This document shows, one piece after another, positions 38,230-48,442 of a DNA stretch of 64,000 bases. The position numbers and the translations under genes were made by a program. Source of the stretch: Planctomycetota bacterium (GTDB lineage Bacteria; Planctomycetota; UBA11346); NCBI GenBank assembly GCA_038213805.1, contig JBBQSO010000018.1, forward strand, positions 9,486-73,485. Direction: 5' to 3'. The notes under the pieces were generated by a model. That model had not been told where the DNA came from. It ran no database searches and was given only the letters and a program-made list of their open reading frames with translations. Position 1 is the stretch's first letter. Every line of letters starts with the position of its first letter.

Positions 38230-41200
38230 ATGACCGTCCCGCCCCGCCCCAGCCCACCCATCGCAGCGCACCCGATCCCCCTGACGCGGCGCTGGCAGAT
38301 GCTGGCGACCGCCGCGCTGCTCGTCGTGCTGCGCGGAGCGGGAGCGGCGGCCGAGCCTGCGGGCGAGCCGGCCACCAAAGTCACCGGCACCGGCGCGCCG
38401 GTGACGGTGGCCGATCGCGGCGACGGCACGGTGACGATGTCCAACGGCATCGCCACCATCGTGGCGGTGAAGAAAACCGGCCGTCTCAACTCGGTGAAGT
38501 ACACCTACGAGCACGCCGGAGCGGCAACGACCACCGAGACGCTGCTCGGCAACGGCCAGTACTACTACGGCGGGTTTTCGCTCGGCAGTGGCGAGTTCGA
38601 GTACAGCCTGGCCACGGACCCGGCCACCAACGGCGGCGATTACGGCGACCTCCGCCTACTCAGCACCAGCCCCACGAACGGCGTCATGGAGATCCACTTC
38701 TCGATGCTGCGCGGCTCGCCGGGTTTCTACTCAACCGCTTCCATGACTCACCGCGCGCAGGACGAAGCCTTCGAAGTCGGCGCCTGGGGCGTCGTCACCC
38801 GCGTGCCGCGCGCCTTCAACTGGATCAGCGCCGACGCGCGGCGCGACTTCTTCATCGGCGTGCCCACCTCGAAGGGCGGCAAGGGCAACGACGCGCCCCA
38901 CGAGATCAGCCTCAACCTCGACGGCACTCAGCAGGGCGCGTACGCCGACAAGTTCATCTACAGCCAGGACCACTGCGACCTCGACGCCTGGGGCTGGAGC
39001 AGCGTGGGCCCGGGCGGATTGAACGTCGGCCGCTGGATGATGACGACGATGGAGTTCAGCAACGGCGGGCCGCTGAAGCGCGACGTCTCCGCCTACGCGT
39101 ACAGCGAGCTGAACAACTCGATCCTGACCGGTGAGCTCGGCCAGGGCTCGGACGGATACATGGACAAGGGCGAAATCTGGACCAAGACCTGCGGCCCCTG
39201 GTTCACCTACCTCAATCACGTCCCCGCGACCGTGGCCGACCCCAAGGAAGCCGCGCACCAGCTCTTCGCCGACGCGCGCGCCCGCGCCGCGGCCGAAGCC
39301 AAGGCGTGGCCCTACCCCTGGTTCACCCACGCCGGCTTCGTGCCCCCCGCCGGGCGCGGACGGGTCAGCGGCCGGATCGTCATCGCCGATCCCGGCGATC
39401 CCGGCGCCTCGGCGCAGGGGCTATGGGTGGGCCTGCAGATCCAGCCGCAGACCCACAAGGGCTTCTATGATTTCCAGAAGTGGTCGAAGACCTACCAGTT
39501 CTGGACGCGGACCGCGGCGGACGGCAGCTTCACCATCCCCGACGTCATCGCCGGCAGCGGTTACACGCTGTGGGCGTTCGGACCGGGCGCGGCCGGAACC
39601 TTCATGTCGCACCCCCTGACGGGAGGCGCCCCGCCGTTCACGTGCGACCTCCCGGAGGCGCCCTTCACCGTCGCGGTGGTGGCGGGAAAAACCACGCAAC
39701 TGGAAACCATCCGCTGGGTCCCGCAGCGCGTCGGCGCGACGGTCTTCGAACTCGGCGTCCCCGACCGCAAGGCCGGCGAGTTCCGCCACGGCGAGGACTA
39801 CTGGAACCCGGGTACCCCGCCCAAGCTCGGCTTCCCCACCCCGGTGTGGGGCGGTCAGATGGAGTTTCCCGTCGATTTCCCGGACGGCATGACCTACGAG
39901 GTCGGCACCGGTCAGTGGCCCCGGGACTGGAACTACGTGCTGCCGGCGATGGCCGATCCGGAGGGCAAGTACCAGCCGTGCTCGGGCACTATCGCCTTCA
40001 CCCTGGCGCAGGCGCCCGTCGCCGGGGCGAAGGCCTCGCTCTACCTCGCCCTGGCCGGCAACGACGGCGACCACGTCCGTATCGCCGTCAACGACACCGA
40101 CCTGGGCGCCGCCAGCGATGTGGTGGCGGCGCCGAACGCGCTCGCGCCCGACGGCTTCAAGCCCCCCTACTCCGACACCAGCAGCATCCACTTCAGCGAT
40201 CACGGCCCGTTCTGCGACCAGCGCGTCACCTTCCCCGCGTCATTGCTCAAGGCCGGGCGCAACACCCTGCGTATCACCATGGACACGCGCCAGTTTGTCG
40301 CCTACCTGATGGTGGACTACCTGCGCCTGGAGCTGACCGGCCACGTGCCCCCGGCCCCGGCCGCGGTCAGCGCGAGTGCGGGCAACGGGCGGGTCGTGGT
40401 CACCTGGCCTGCCGTGCCCGGCGCGACCAGCTACGCGATCCTGCGCGCGGAGGGCGGCGGCGCCCCGGTCGCGCTCGCGCCCGAGATCACGGGGCCGGTC
40501 TGCGGCAGCGGCACGGGCCCGGCCACCTACCTCGACACCACCGCCGCCAACGGCGCGTCCTACACCTACACCGTGCGCTCGCGTAACCCGATCGGACAGA
40601 GCGCGCCGTCGGCTCCCAGCCGGGCGGCGCAGCCGCAGGCGACGGCGCCGACGGGACCACCGGCCGCGCCGGCCGCACCGGTCATCACCGCGTCAAGCCA
40701 CCACCGCGTCGCGCTGCGCTGGAGCGCCGTCCCGGGAGCCACCGGCTTCCGCCTCTGGCGCACCACCATGCACACCGACGGGGTGGGCGGGACGTATCCG
40801 CTGCGCACCATCCTGCTCGACACCACCACCGCCATGGAGTCCGTCGACACCTCGCCGTCCGATGGCCGCATCTACTCTTACCACCTGACGGCCGTAAACG
40901 CGGCCGGCGCCAGCCAGGCGTCGCCCGCGGTGGCGGCGATACCGCTCCCCGCCCCACCCACGGTAGCGACGTCGGGGCTCAGCGGCACCTGGACGAAGAC
41001 CCGCGGAGGTCCGGCGATCACGCTGTCCTGGTCCGCGGTTCCCGGCGCGACCGGGTACGTCATTTACCGTTCCACCAAGTCCGGAACGACCTTCACGTGG
41101 CCCGGGGATTACCTCACGGCGCTGGTGGAGACCACCTACACGGACCGGGGCAACACCGACAAGAACGCACGCGTCAAGGGGCTCGACCTGACCGGCGACT

Positions 41201-41274
41201 ACTCGTACCAGGTGACGGCGGTAAACGCCGGCGGGGTCTCACCTCCAGCGACGGTGCACGTCGGGGCGCGGTGA
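38230..41274 (+). CDS. PL4-like rhamnogalacturonan endolyase with three C-terminal FN3 domains
   Basis: TMSNGI, LRGSPGFY, GGPLK, W.K..GPW..YLN, WPY.W, YQFW....DGSFTI, LG.PDR.AGEF, DYLRLE; three W.AVPGAT FN3 repeats. Confidence 0.88.
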   Translation: MTVPPRPSPPIAAHPIPLTRRWQMLATAALLVVLRGAGAAAEPAGEPATKVTGTGAPVTVADRGDGTVTMSNGIATIVAVKKTGRLNSVKYTYEHAGAATTTETLLGNGQYYYGGFSLGSGEFEYSLATDPATNGGDYGDLRLLSTSPTNGVMEIHFSMLRGSPGFYSTASMTHRAQDEAFEVGAWGVVTRVPRAFNWISADARRDFFIGVPTSKGGKGNDAPHEISLNLDGTQQGAYADKFIYSQDHCDLDAWGWSSVGPGGLNVGRWMMTTMEFSNGGPLKRDVSAYAYSELNNSILTGELGQGSDGYMDKGEIWTKTCGPWFTYLNHVPATVADPKEAAHQLFADARARAAAEAKAWPYPWFTHAGFVPPAGRGRVSGRIVIADPGDPGASAQGLWVGLQIQPQTHKGFYDFQKWSKTYQFWTRTAADGSFTIPDVIAGSGYTLWAFGPGAAGTFMSHPLTGGAPPFTCDLPEAPFTVAVVAGKTTQLETIRWVPQRVGATVFELGVPDRKAGEFRHGEDYWNPGTPPKLGFPTPVWGGQMEFPVDFPDGMTYEVGTGQWPRDWNYVLPAMADPEGKYQPCSGTIAFTLAQAPVAGAKASLYLALAGNDGDHVRIAVNDTDLGAASDVVAAPNALAPDGFKPPYSDTSSIHFSDHGPFCDQRVTFPASLLKAGRNTLRITMDTRQFVAYLMVDYLRLELTGHVPPAPAAVSASAGNGRVVVTWPAVPGATSYAILRAEGGGAPVALAPEITGPVCGSGTGPATYLDTTAANGASYTYTVRSRNPIGQSAPSAPSRAAQPQATAPTGPPAAPAAPVITASSHHRVALRWSAVPGATGFRLWRTTMHTDGVGGTYPLRTILLDTTTAMESVDTSPSDGRIYSYHLTAVNAAGASQASPAVAAIPLPAPPTVATSGLSGTWTKTRGGPAITLSWSAVPGATGYVIYRSTKSGTTFTWPGDYLTALVETTYTDRGNTDKNARVKGLDLTGDYSYQVTAVNAGGVSPPATVHVGAR

Positions 41275-41468
41275 CACGGGACGCTCCAACGGCTCGCGCT
41301 TTCATTCTTGCTAGGGCCGCTTGAGAGCATCACCAGGATGACCTCGGTTTCGGCGTACAGACCACGGTTATTCGCGCCCGGCAATGGCTCACCCAGCGTC
41401 CCGTGACGTTTCCGCTTTCACCCGACTTCCCCACCGCGGACCGAACTTCGGTCTGCCCCAAGCCGTAA

Positions 41469-42328
41469 GAAGCTGTCTGGAAACGCTCATGGCTGACGCC
41501 GGATGAACACTCGGATTATAGCGAGTCGGATGAAAGCCTCTGTATGCTTCGAGCAGCACTCATATTCGCTGCGCCAGTCGCCGACATGCAACCATCCATG
41601 CGGTGGTGTGCTCAATCACCCATCGTCTTGATAGGACGGCGAATCCGCGCTGTCCTGGTTCTTTGTCGACAATGCACATGGTGAGGCGGCGACGTTGGCG
41701 CAGGTTGTGTACGCTACGCACTGCAGGAGCTTGCCGCGATACCCGCCGTCGGCCCAGATGAGCCTGACTCGGGTCATGGTGGTGGCGAGGCCCTTGAGTA
41801 TCAGCTGCGCTCCGTCGCGATCCTGGAAGTCGGCGGCGTGCACCACCACATCGACCAGATTTTCCTGTGAATCCACGAGCAAATGACCATTTCCTCCCAT
41901 GATCTTCCTCCCGGCATCATATCCGAAATCCCGCGTGGCTGAGCTCGATCCTTTGACACTTTGGCTGTCGATGATCAGCGCCGACGGATCGGCCTGACGT
42001 TTGATGCGGCGGCGCTCACCCCGACGAAGTCGGCGCAGAGCCTTCTCCGTGATGCCGGCGGCGACACAGCCTGACCAATGCCGATAGACAGTCTTCCATG
42101 GAGAGAACTCGGGCGCAAATTGCGCCACTGACAACCGCTTTCGAGCAGATTGAAGACCGACTCGAACAACCGCTTTGTCGTGTGCTGACGCGGACGACCA
42201 GTTCGGTCAAGTGAAGGGAAAAGGCGGTAAATCAGGCCCCAGGAGCTGTCGGAAAGGTCATTGTGCGAATTCTCTCAGGCGACTGAGAGATCAACGCACC
42301 CAGGCGTTCGAGGCTTCCAGGCAGCTTC
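41469..42328 (-). mobile_element. Degenerate IS5-family (IS1031-like) insertion sequence, about 860 bp
   Basis: TIRs GAAGCTGTCTGGAA (41469) and TTCCAGGCAGCTTC (ending 42328), flanked by TAA/TCA. Frameshifted transposase with DLSDSSW, GCQWR, IDSQSVK, GYDAG, DRDGA, WADGGY. Confidence 0.85.
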
Positions 42329-42571
42329 TCAACGATTCGTTGTTTGACCTTACGGTCGTCTGTACAATCCTTGGAGTCCGGATGCGTGGCCAGCTGTTTC
42401 CCACGTAACTTTTAACATTCAGTACTTTCTGACTGTTCATACCGGCGCACTGTCTGTGCAATCTCGTGTGCACTTTGGACGGTCTTGGAGCTTGCGACGG
42501 ACGGCGATTGCGTCCGGACCGCGAGCGAGATGATACCGCCCACCAAAAGAAGGTCAGGCAAGGAACTGAAA

Positions 42572-42651
42572 TGCTCCAGCTTGGCTGCGATGCGAACGAT
42601 CACGGCGGAGATCACCTCGCACGTGATCCCGGTCATGTTGGCGTAGGGGAA
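42572..42651 (+). ncRNA. Decayed TPP riboswitch (THI box)
   Basis: GGCGGAGATCACCTCGCACGTGATCCCGGTCATGTTGGCGTAGGGGA parallels the consensus GCTGAGA..ACCC..ACCTGATC.GG.(T/C)ATGCCGGCGTAGGGA, and lies directly upstream of a thiC fragment. 5' boundary approximate. Confidence 0.6.
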
Positions 42652-42735
42652 CAAAATGACCGCACCCGTTCCATGGTAACACACGTCACCGCGCCGCCCT
42701 TTATCTTCTTTACTCCCGCCCTTACGAGTTCCCTC

Positions 42736-42966
42736 ATGCGCTCCGCCTACCTCCGAGACCGCCACACTCGCCCCAAGGTTACCCAACTGCACTACGCGCG
42801 CCGCTGCGTCATCATTGATGAGATCTGCCGGGTCGCCGATCACGAATTCCTGTCCCCGGAACTGGTGGTAAGCGTGGCGGAAACAGGGCGCACGACCATT
42901 TCCGCCGAGGCGGTCCGCGAGGGACAGGCGGAACACAAGGCACGCCTCGCCGGAATGACGGGCTAA
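42736..42966 (+). pseudogene. thiC: thiC remnant (76 codons)
   Basis: MRSAYLRDRHTRPKVTQLHYARRCVIIDEICRVADHEFLSPELV...GRTTI resembles the ThiC N-terminus (VTQMHYAR.G.IT.EM..VA.RE.L..E.V...GR.IIP). Confidence 0.7.
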
Positions 42967-42971
42967 CCCGC

Positions 42972-43310
42972 GTGCTGCGCAAGGCCTTTGTGATGGCAGT
43001 TCACCCCGGCTGCGAAGCCGTGTACGAGAGCCGACACCGCCCGATTTGGCCAGAATTGGAGGCAGTGTTGCGCGCGCATGGCGTACGCGGCTATTCGATC
43101 TTTCTGCACGCCCCTACACGCCAGCTCTTTGCTTACGCCGAGATCGAGAGCGAGGAGCGCTGGCAAGCGATTGCCTCTACCCTGGTGTGCCAGCGCTGGT
43201 GGACGACAATGGCCGAGCTCATGCCGACCAACCTGGACGGCAGCCCGCAGGCAGTGGACCTGCGCGAGGTGTTCCACATGAGTGAGACGCAGGGCGAGAA
43301 CATGAGGTAG
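42972..43310 (+). CDS. rhaM: L-rhamnose mutarotase
   Basis: RKAFVM, YESRHRPIWPEL, YSIFL, LFAYAEIESEERW, CQRWW..M, LREVFH. Confidence 0.93.
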   Translation: MLRKAFVMAVHPGCEAVYESRHRPIWPELEAVLRAHGVRGYSIFLHAPTRQLFAYAEIESEERWQAIASTLVCQRWWTTMAELMPTNLDGSPQAVDLREVFHMSETQGENMR

Positions 43311-43320
43311 ACCCATGCGG

Positions 43321-43345
43321 GCCCAGTACGAAAACCGTACTGCGC
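43321..43345 (+). terminator. Hairpin after rhaM
   Basis: CAGTACG-AAAAC-CGTACTG; no U-tract. Confidence 0.35.
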
Positions 43346-43437
43346 AGATATCCATCGCGATCATTTTCTTCGGATTCCCCCGCAGATTATTCCTCGACGG
43401 CGTATCCCCGATTCAATAATCCGTCACTGTGACGCCG

Positions 43438-44763
43438 CCTGCCCATCAAAAATCACCTCGCGGCCTGCCGCCCGACATCGCGTCGGCGGATCGAGTAACG
43501 ATCAATCCGATAGATTCAGGCGGCGACGCGGTGGTAGTGCCGCACGACCCCGCCGCAGCGGGTCACGCAGCGGATCTGGCTGGTCGTAAATCCCGCGATG
43601 GGTTTCTGCGCAGGTGCAGGAGCAGCCTGAGAATCGCCGTTCAGCGGTCGGTTGCCCATTCCCTGATGCGGCCGCTCCCGGCTGTAATGCTCGTCGACGA
43701 ACTCGTTCAGCACCCGGCAGAGTCCGGCAGAGCCCAGGAACCAGACGCGGCGCGTGCACTCCCGCTTGACGGTGCGCACCCATCGTTCGGCGATGGCATT
43801 GCAGTTGGGACTTCTCGGCGGGATGGGAACTGTCTCGATGCCGGCAGCATTGAGCACCTCCTTCCAGCGTCCGCAGAATTTGGTGTCCCGGTCGTGGATC
43901 AGGTAGCGGCAGCCCGCCTGCTTCAGCCAGCCCGTGCCTTCCATGGTCTCATTCCGGGCGATCTGGGTCATGTACTCAGCGTTGGCGTGCTCGGTGACGC
44001 CCAGGATCTTCACCTGTCTGGTCTTGTGGTGGATGGCGAACAGCACGTCGTAGGTCGTCTTGCCCAGCCAACCCATCACATCGACGGTGAAGAAGTCGGT
44101 GGCCACCAAGGCGTCGGCCTTCTCGGTCACAAACCGTTTCCAGGACCAATCGGTGCTACGCTCGGGTGCTGGCGTGAGTCCATGTCGATCCAGAATGGCG
44201 GCGATGGTGCGCGGCGAGAGGGGAATCAGCAGCAGCACCAGCATGCCGGCGATGCGCAGCTGTCCCCAGGTTGGGTTCTCTTTGGCCAGGCGCAGGACGA
44301 CCTGCTCGATCTCGGTATCCACACGCGGCCGACCGGGACCGGCTCGCTTCGTGCCGAGCTTCCCCGTCAGCATCAGACGATGCCAGCCACGGATGGTGGC
44401 CGCCTTGGCAATGGTGGCGATCTCATCCAGGCGCTTCCAGCCAACACCGCTGGCGGTTCTGGCCAGGCGTTTGCGCCATCGGTCAGTGAAGCGCAAGGGC
44501 TGTCCCATGGGGATTTGCTCACGGAGGTAGGCGATTTCGGTGCGCAGGTACGCGACCTCGGCGATGAGCGTTTTGTTCTTTTTGGCCAGGATGGTGGCGG
44601 CGATGAGCCGGGCGAGAAAGGGAAGGCTATCCATAGGGCGATGGAGCCTGGAGAACCGGTCGGGTGGCTCAAGCGTTGGGGGCGGGCGGCGTGATGAGGC
44701 AGAGGGGGATTCGGGATGGCTCGGGCGGCGGGATCCGGCCTGGGTGAATTTCTGAGCACTACG
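43438..44763 (-). mobile_element. IS-like element encoding an apparently intact rve/integrase-core DDE transposase (CDS 43516-44634)
   Basis: GRPR, ENPTWG..RI.G.L, ATDFFTVD, LIHDRDTKF, SPNCNAIAERWVRTVKRE, RPHQG. Imperfect end repeats CCTGCCCATCAAAAATCACC / GGTGAATTTCTGAGCACTACG; ends approximate. Confidence 0.85.
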
Positions 44764-45273
44764 TGGTCGTGGTCAGGTCGCCGGTCAGGTCAATTTGAAG
44801 TACGGACAGGAGCCGGGAGTGCAATTCTACACCCACATTTCTGACCAGTACGACTGCGGGATATGGGCCGCATAGAACGGACGCTATTTGCCCTGGACTG
44901 GATGCAGCATGTCGAACTACGACGCCGTGTGCAGGCCGGCTTGAACAAGGGTGAGGCCAAAAATGCCCTGGCCCGTGCTGTGATTCTGAACCGGCTGGGC
45001 GAGATCCGTGACCGCGGATTCGAGAACCAGCGATACCGTGCCAGCGGCCTCAACCTGGTGGTGTCCGCCATCGTGTTGTGGAACACAGTCTACCTGGAAC
45101 GGGCGATCCAGGCGCTTCGGGCGGCGGGCCGTGACATCGATGAGAAACTCCTCCCGCACCTGTCGCCGCTGAGCTGGGAGCACATCAACCTGACCGGCGA
45201 CTACGTCTGGCGGCAGCGTAAGCCGCTTGAGAAAAATGGGTTCCGAAAGCTACGGGAACCTGGAAATGCTTAG
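44764..45273 (+). pseudogene. tnpA: Tn3-family transposase C-terminal remnant with an internal deletion
   Basis: [23 protein letters not shown] is joined out of frame to [12 protein letters not shown]...[14 protein letters not shown]...[15 protein letters not shown]. Confidence 0.92.
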
Positions 45274-45306
45274 CGTACGATATTGTCCGTTTCGTGAGCA
45301 GACCCC
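45269..45306. repeat. Tn3-family 38-bp terminal inverted repeat
   Basis: Reverse complement GGGGTCTGCTCACGAAACGGACAATATCGTACGCTAAG (GGGG...CTAAG, 38 bp), overlapping the tnpA stop. Confidence 0.92.
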
Positions 45307-45933
45307 GAGATGGTCCGGGCGTTGGTCACGACAGTAACTCTATGGACAATGATAACCCATCAAGGGTTATCGTCTAAAGTACAGTTATTGATGGTTTTAG
45401 GCGCACAGAGTACAGCGGGCGCAATGCGTCATGCAATGTTACCCAAAGAGCCGGCCAGTATGTAATTGTTCGATATCTTAAAGCGGTCTCGCAGGTTGGA
45501 GGGTGGATCAATGATCAATCTGATCGGGGAGCATTGCTTCGACGATGCCAGCCGAAACACCATTGATGGTCTCCACCACGCGCAGATGGGCTGATTCCTT
45601 GATGCGGAGCATGCGACTGAGCGTCTAAGGCCATCGCTCATTGAACGGCGGCCTCACGCGCAAGACAGCGTCCAGAATTCAGAGAACCAGCCGTAATCGG
45701 TAAAACCCACCTCGGTCATACATATGATTGTGAGGTCACGGTTAATCGCTGGGTAGCGATGGCTTCGGTGTTCGTTAGGGCAGGAACGAAGCGGGCGAGT
45801 GATCCCGTTGGATGGAACGATGATCGCATCGCAAGCATGCCGTTGGACTCCTGCCAACCTTGGACTTGGGCTCTCCCGTCTCGTATTAAAAGTTTCGTCC
45901 GGGTCATGGTCGTCAACGGTGCCAGTCCGAAGA

Positions 45934-48435
45934 ATGTCTCGTCGGATCTGCTGTTCGTTTGTCGTCGTATGGGGTTTGTTCATGAGCACCGCAGTAGCGA
46001 TGGCGGAAGAAGGTAATTATGTTGGTTTTATCCAACATAATTGCCTCGAATGTCATGATCAGGATACCGGGAAGGGTGGCATCGTCCTGGAAGGATGCGA
46101 GCGTCGCTTGGAGAATCCGGCCAATGCCAGGATGTGGGAACGAGTCTACGACCAAGTCGAGAGCGGACGGATGCCGCCAGCCAAGAAGTCGCGCCCGGAG
46201 CCTCTGCAGAGACGCGCGTACCTCTCTGAACTCGGAGAGCAGTTGACGCTGGCCTCGCTCGCGCACCAACAGCGTGAGGGACGCGTTCCCGTGCGCCGCC
46301 TGTCGAACGGTGCCTATGAGAACACGGTGCGCTGCCTGCTTAAGATCGAGACGCCACTGACGGGATTCTTTCCCTGCGAGGTGTGCAATGCCGGCTTCGA
46401 TACCGTGGCCGCCGGGCAGGGTTTCTCGGCCGCGCTGTTCATCGCTTACCAGGAGGCCGCCGATCGCGCCCTGGACGAAGCCATGGCCGCGAACATATAC
46501 GCGTCGTTGACGCGCACCGAGACGCTGCGCACCGGCGAGCAACTGATGAGCCAGAAGGTCGACGAGTTCCGTCACTATGGATGTTGGGTGAAGGATGGCG
46601 CGCTCGTGGTGCCATCGCAGATGGGCTTTCCCTATACGACCATCCTCTTGCCAGCAGCACCGCGCAACGGTCGGTACCGCCTGACCTATACCGCGCAGGC
46701 GCTCCAGAACGACGGGAAGCCGCTGTCCATCGCTGTGTCCATCGACAACCGCTTGAGCATTCCCTGGTCACCGTCAGCCGTGGACTGGCATGACGTCCCT
46801 GCTGACCAGCCCAAGATCGTGACCGCTGAATATACGCTCGAGCAAGGTGATCGGCTGCACCTCTTTGGCTGGACGTTGACGCATCGCAACCACGTCCAAG
46901 ACGAATTAAAGAAGAGAGCGAAGGATCCGGATCTTGGTTGGCATTGGCCAGGGCCATCGTTCGCACTCGGCGATCTGGCCATTGAAGGTCCACTCAAGGA
47001 GGATGGCACCGTCGATAGCTGGCCTCCCGATAGCTATCGTATGCTCTTCGACCAGCTTCCCCTGCGCCAGGTGCCGCCGCGCGTGGGCGCGAGCCAAACT
47101 GGGCAAGCTGATACTTGGGTTCCCGTATCCGATCAGCCGCTAGCCGATGCGCAGCGGCTGCTCCGGCGCTTTATCCCGTTGGCCTTCCGCCGCACGGTGT
47201 CAGAGGAGGAGATGAAGCCCTACTTTCGGCGCGTGAGCGCTGACCTCGACCACGGCGTGGCGTTCCACTCGGCGATGCGTACCGCCTACAAGGCCATCTT
47301 ATGCTCGCCTCGTTTGATCTTCTTCGACGAACGCCCAGGCCCGCTCGACCCTGCTGCGATCGCGAACCGGATGGCGTATTTCATCTGGTGCTCGCCGCCG
47401 GATGGCGAATTGCAGCGCGCCGCAGCGGCGGGCGAGCTGAATTGCGATGACGGTCGTCGGGCGCAGGTCGAGCGAATGCTGCGCCATCCGCTGGCCGAAC
47501 GCTTCGTGCGGACGTTTACCGACCAGTGGCTCGATCTACAAAAGATCAACGCCACGGCTCCGGATGACGTGCTGTACCCCGAGTACGACCGCATGCTCAA
47601 GGAATCGTCGCTGCGTGAAACCCGGCTGTTCTTCCAGAGATTAATCGATGGCGATCGTCCCCTCCTGGAGTGCATCTCATCGGATTGGACCTTCCTCAAC
47701 GAGCGGCTGGCGCGCCATTACGGGCTACCGGCCGTCACTGGTTCCGAGCTGCGCTGCGTAACGCTGCCGGCCGGTAGCAGTCGCGGCGGACTGCTGACCC
47801 AGGCCAGTGTGCTCAAGGTCACTGCCGACGGGGCAAAAACCTCGCCGATCCTGCGCGGTCATTGGGTCTGCGAGCGTATCCTGGGCATCATACCGCCGCC
47901 CCCGCCGCCGGATGTCGCCAAGCTCGAGCCCGACACGCGCGGGGCGACCACCATCCGGCAGCAGCTGGATAAGCACCGTTCCAATCCTTCATGCGCGAGC
48001 TGCCATGCTGTCATCGATCCGCCCGGGTTCGCGCTGGAATCCTTCGATGTCATCGGCGGCTGGCGCGATGCTTACCGGGTGCGCCAGCCGACGGCGCGCA
48101 GTGTCACCGTCAGCAGCCCTGGCGATGCCAGCGTTGATCCGGGGCCCACCAGCACGCTGGTCCATCTGGGGATGTCGGTGGAACTCGGGTATATGTTGCC
48201 TGATGGCCGTGCGTTCAGCGATGTCGACGATTACAAGCGCCGGCTCCTGGAGGAGCCGCAACGGATCGCCCGCTCGCTCGCAGGCAAACTGCTCACCTTT
48301 GCCACCGGTGCCCCTGTCCAATTCGCAGATCGCAGCGATGTCGACGCGGTCGTGTCGCGGATCGCCGCGCATGATTATGGCCTGCGCTCGCTCATCATCG
48401 AGATCATCAACTCGCGCCCCTTCCTGAACAAGTGA
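45934..48435 (+). CDS. Planctomycete cytochrome c protein of the DUF1587/1592/1595/1588/1585 type
   Basis: CLECH, RRLSN..YENT, F.DQWL.L, RGGLLTQASVL, SPILRG.W, CASCH..IDPPGFALESFD.IG. Start uncertain. Confidence 0.93.
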   Translation: MSRRICCSFVVVWGLFMSTAVAMAEEGNYVGFIQHNCLECHDQDTGKGGIVLEGCERRLENPANARMWERVYDQVESGRMPPAKKSRPEPLQRRAYLSELGEQLTLASLAHQQREGRVPVRRLSNGAYENTVRCLLKIETPLTGFFPCEVCNAGFDTVAAGQGFSAALFIAYQEAADRALDEAMAANIYASLTRTETLRTGEQLMSQKVDEFRHYGCWVKDGALVVPSQMGFPYTTILLPAAPRNGRYRLTYTAQALQNDGKPLSIAVSIDNRLSIPWSPSAVDWHDVPADQPKIVTAEYTLEQGDRLHLFGWTLTHRNHVQDELKKRAKDPDLGWHWPGPSFALGDLAIEGPLKEDGTVDSWPPDSYRMLFDQLPLRQVPPRVGASQTGQADTWVPVSDQPLADAQRLLRRFIPLAFRRTVSEEEMKPYFRRVSADLDHGVAFHSAMRTAYKAILCSPRLIFFDERPGPLDPAAIANRMAYFIWCSPPDGELQRAAAAGELNCDDGRRAQVERMLRHPLAERFVRTFTDQWLDLQKINATAPDDVLYPEYDRMLKESSLRETRLFFQRLIDGDRPLLECISSDWTFLNERLARHYGLPAVTGSELRCVTLPAGSSRGGLLTQASVLKVTADGAKTSPILRGHWVCERILGIIPPPPPPDVAKLEPDTRGATTIRQQLDKHRSNPSCASCHAVIDPPGFALESFDVIGGWRDAYRVRQPTARSVTVSSPGDASVDPGPTSTLVHLGMSVELGYMLPDGRAFSDVDDYKRRLLEEPQRIARSLAGKLLTFATGAPVQFADRSDVDAVVSRIAAHDYGLRSLIIEIINSRPFLNK

Positions 48436-48442
48436 GCACGTA

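Noticed and set aside
42241..42256. AGGAGCTGTCGGAAA resembling the IS5 left TIR
   Set aside because: Same orientation as the left TIR and it encodes the transposase DLSDSS motif; the real right TIR is at 42315-42328.
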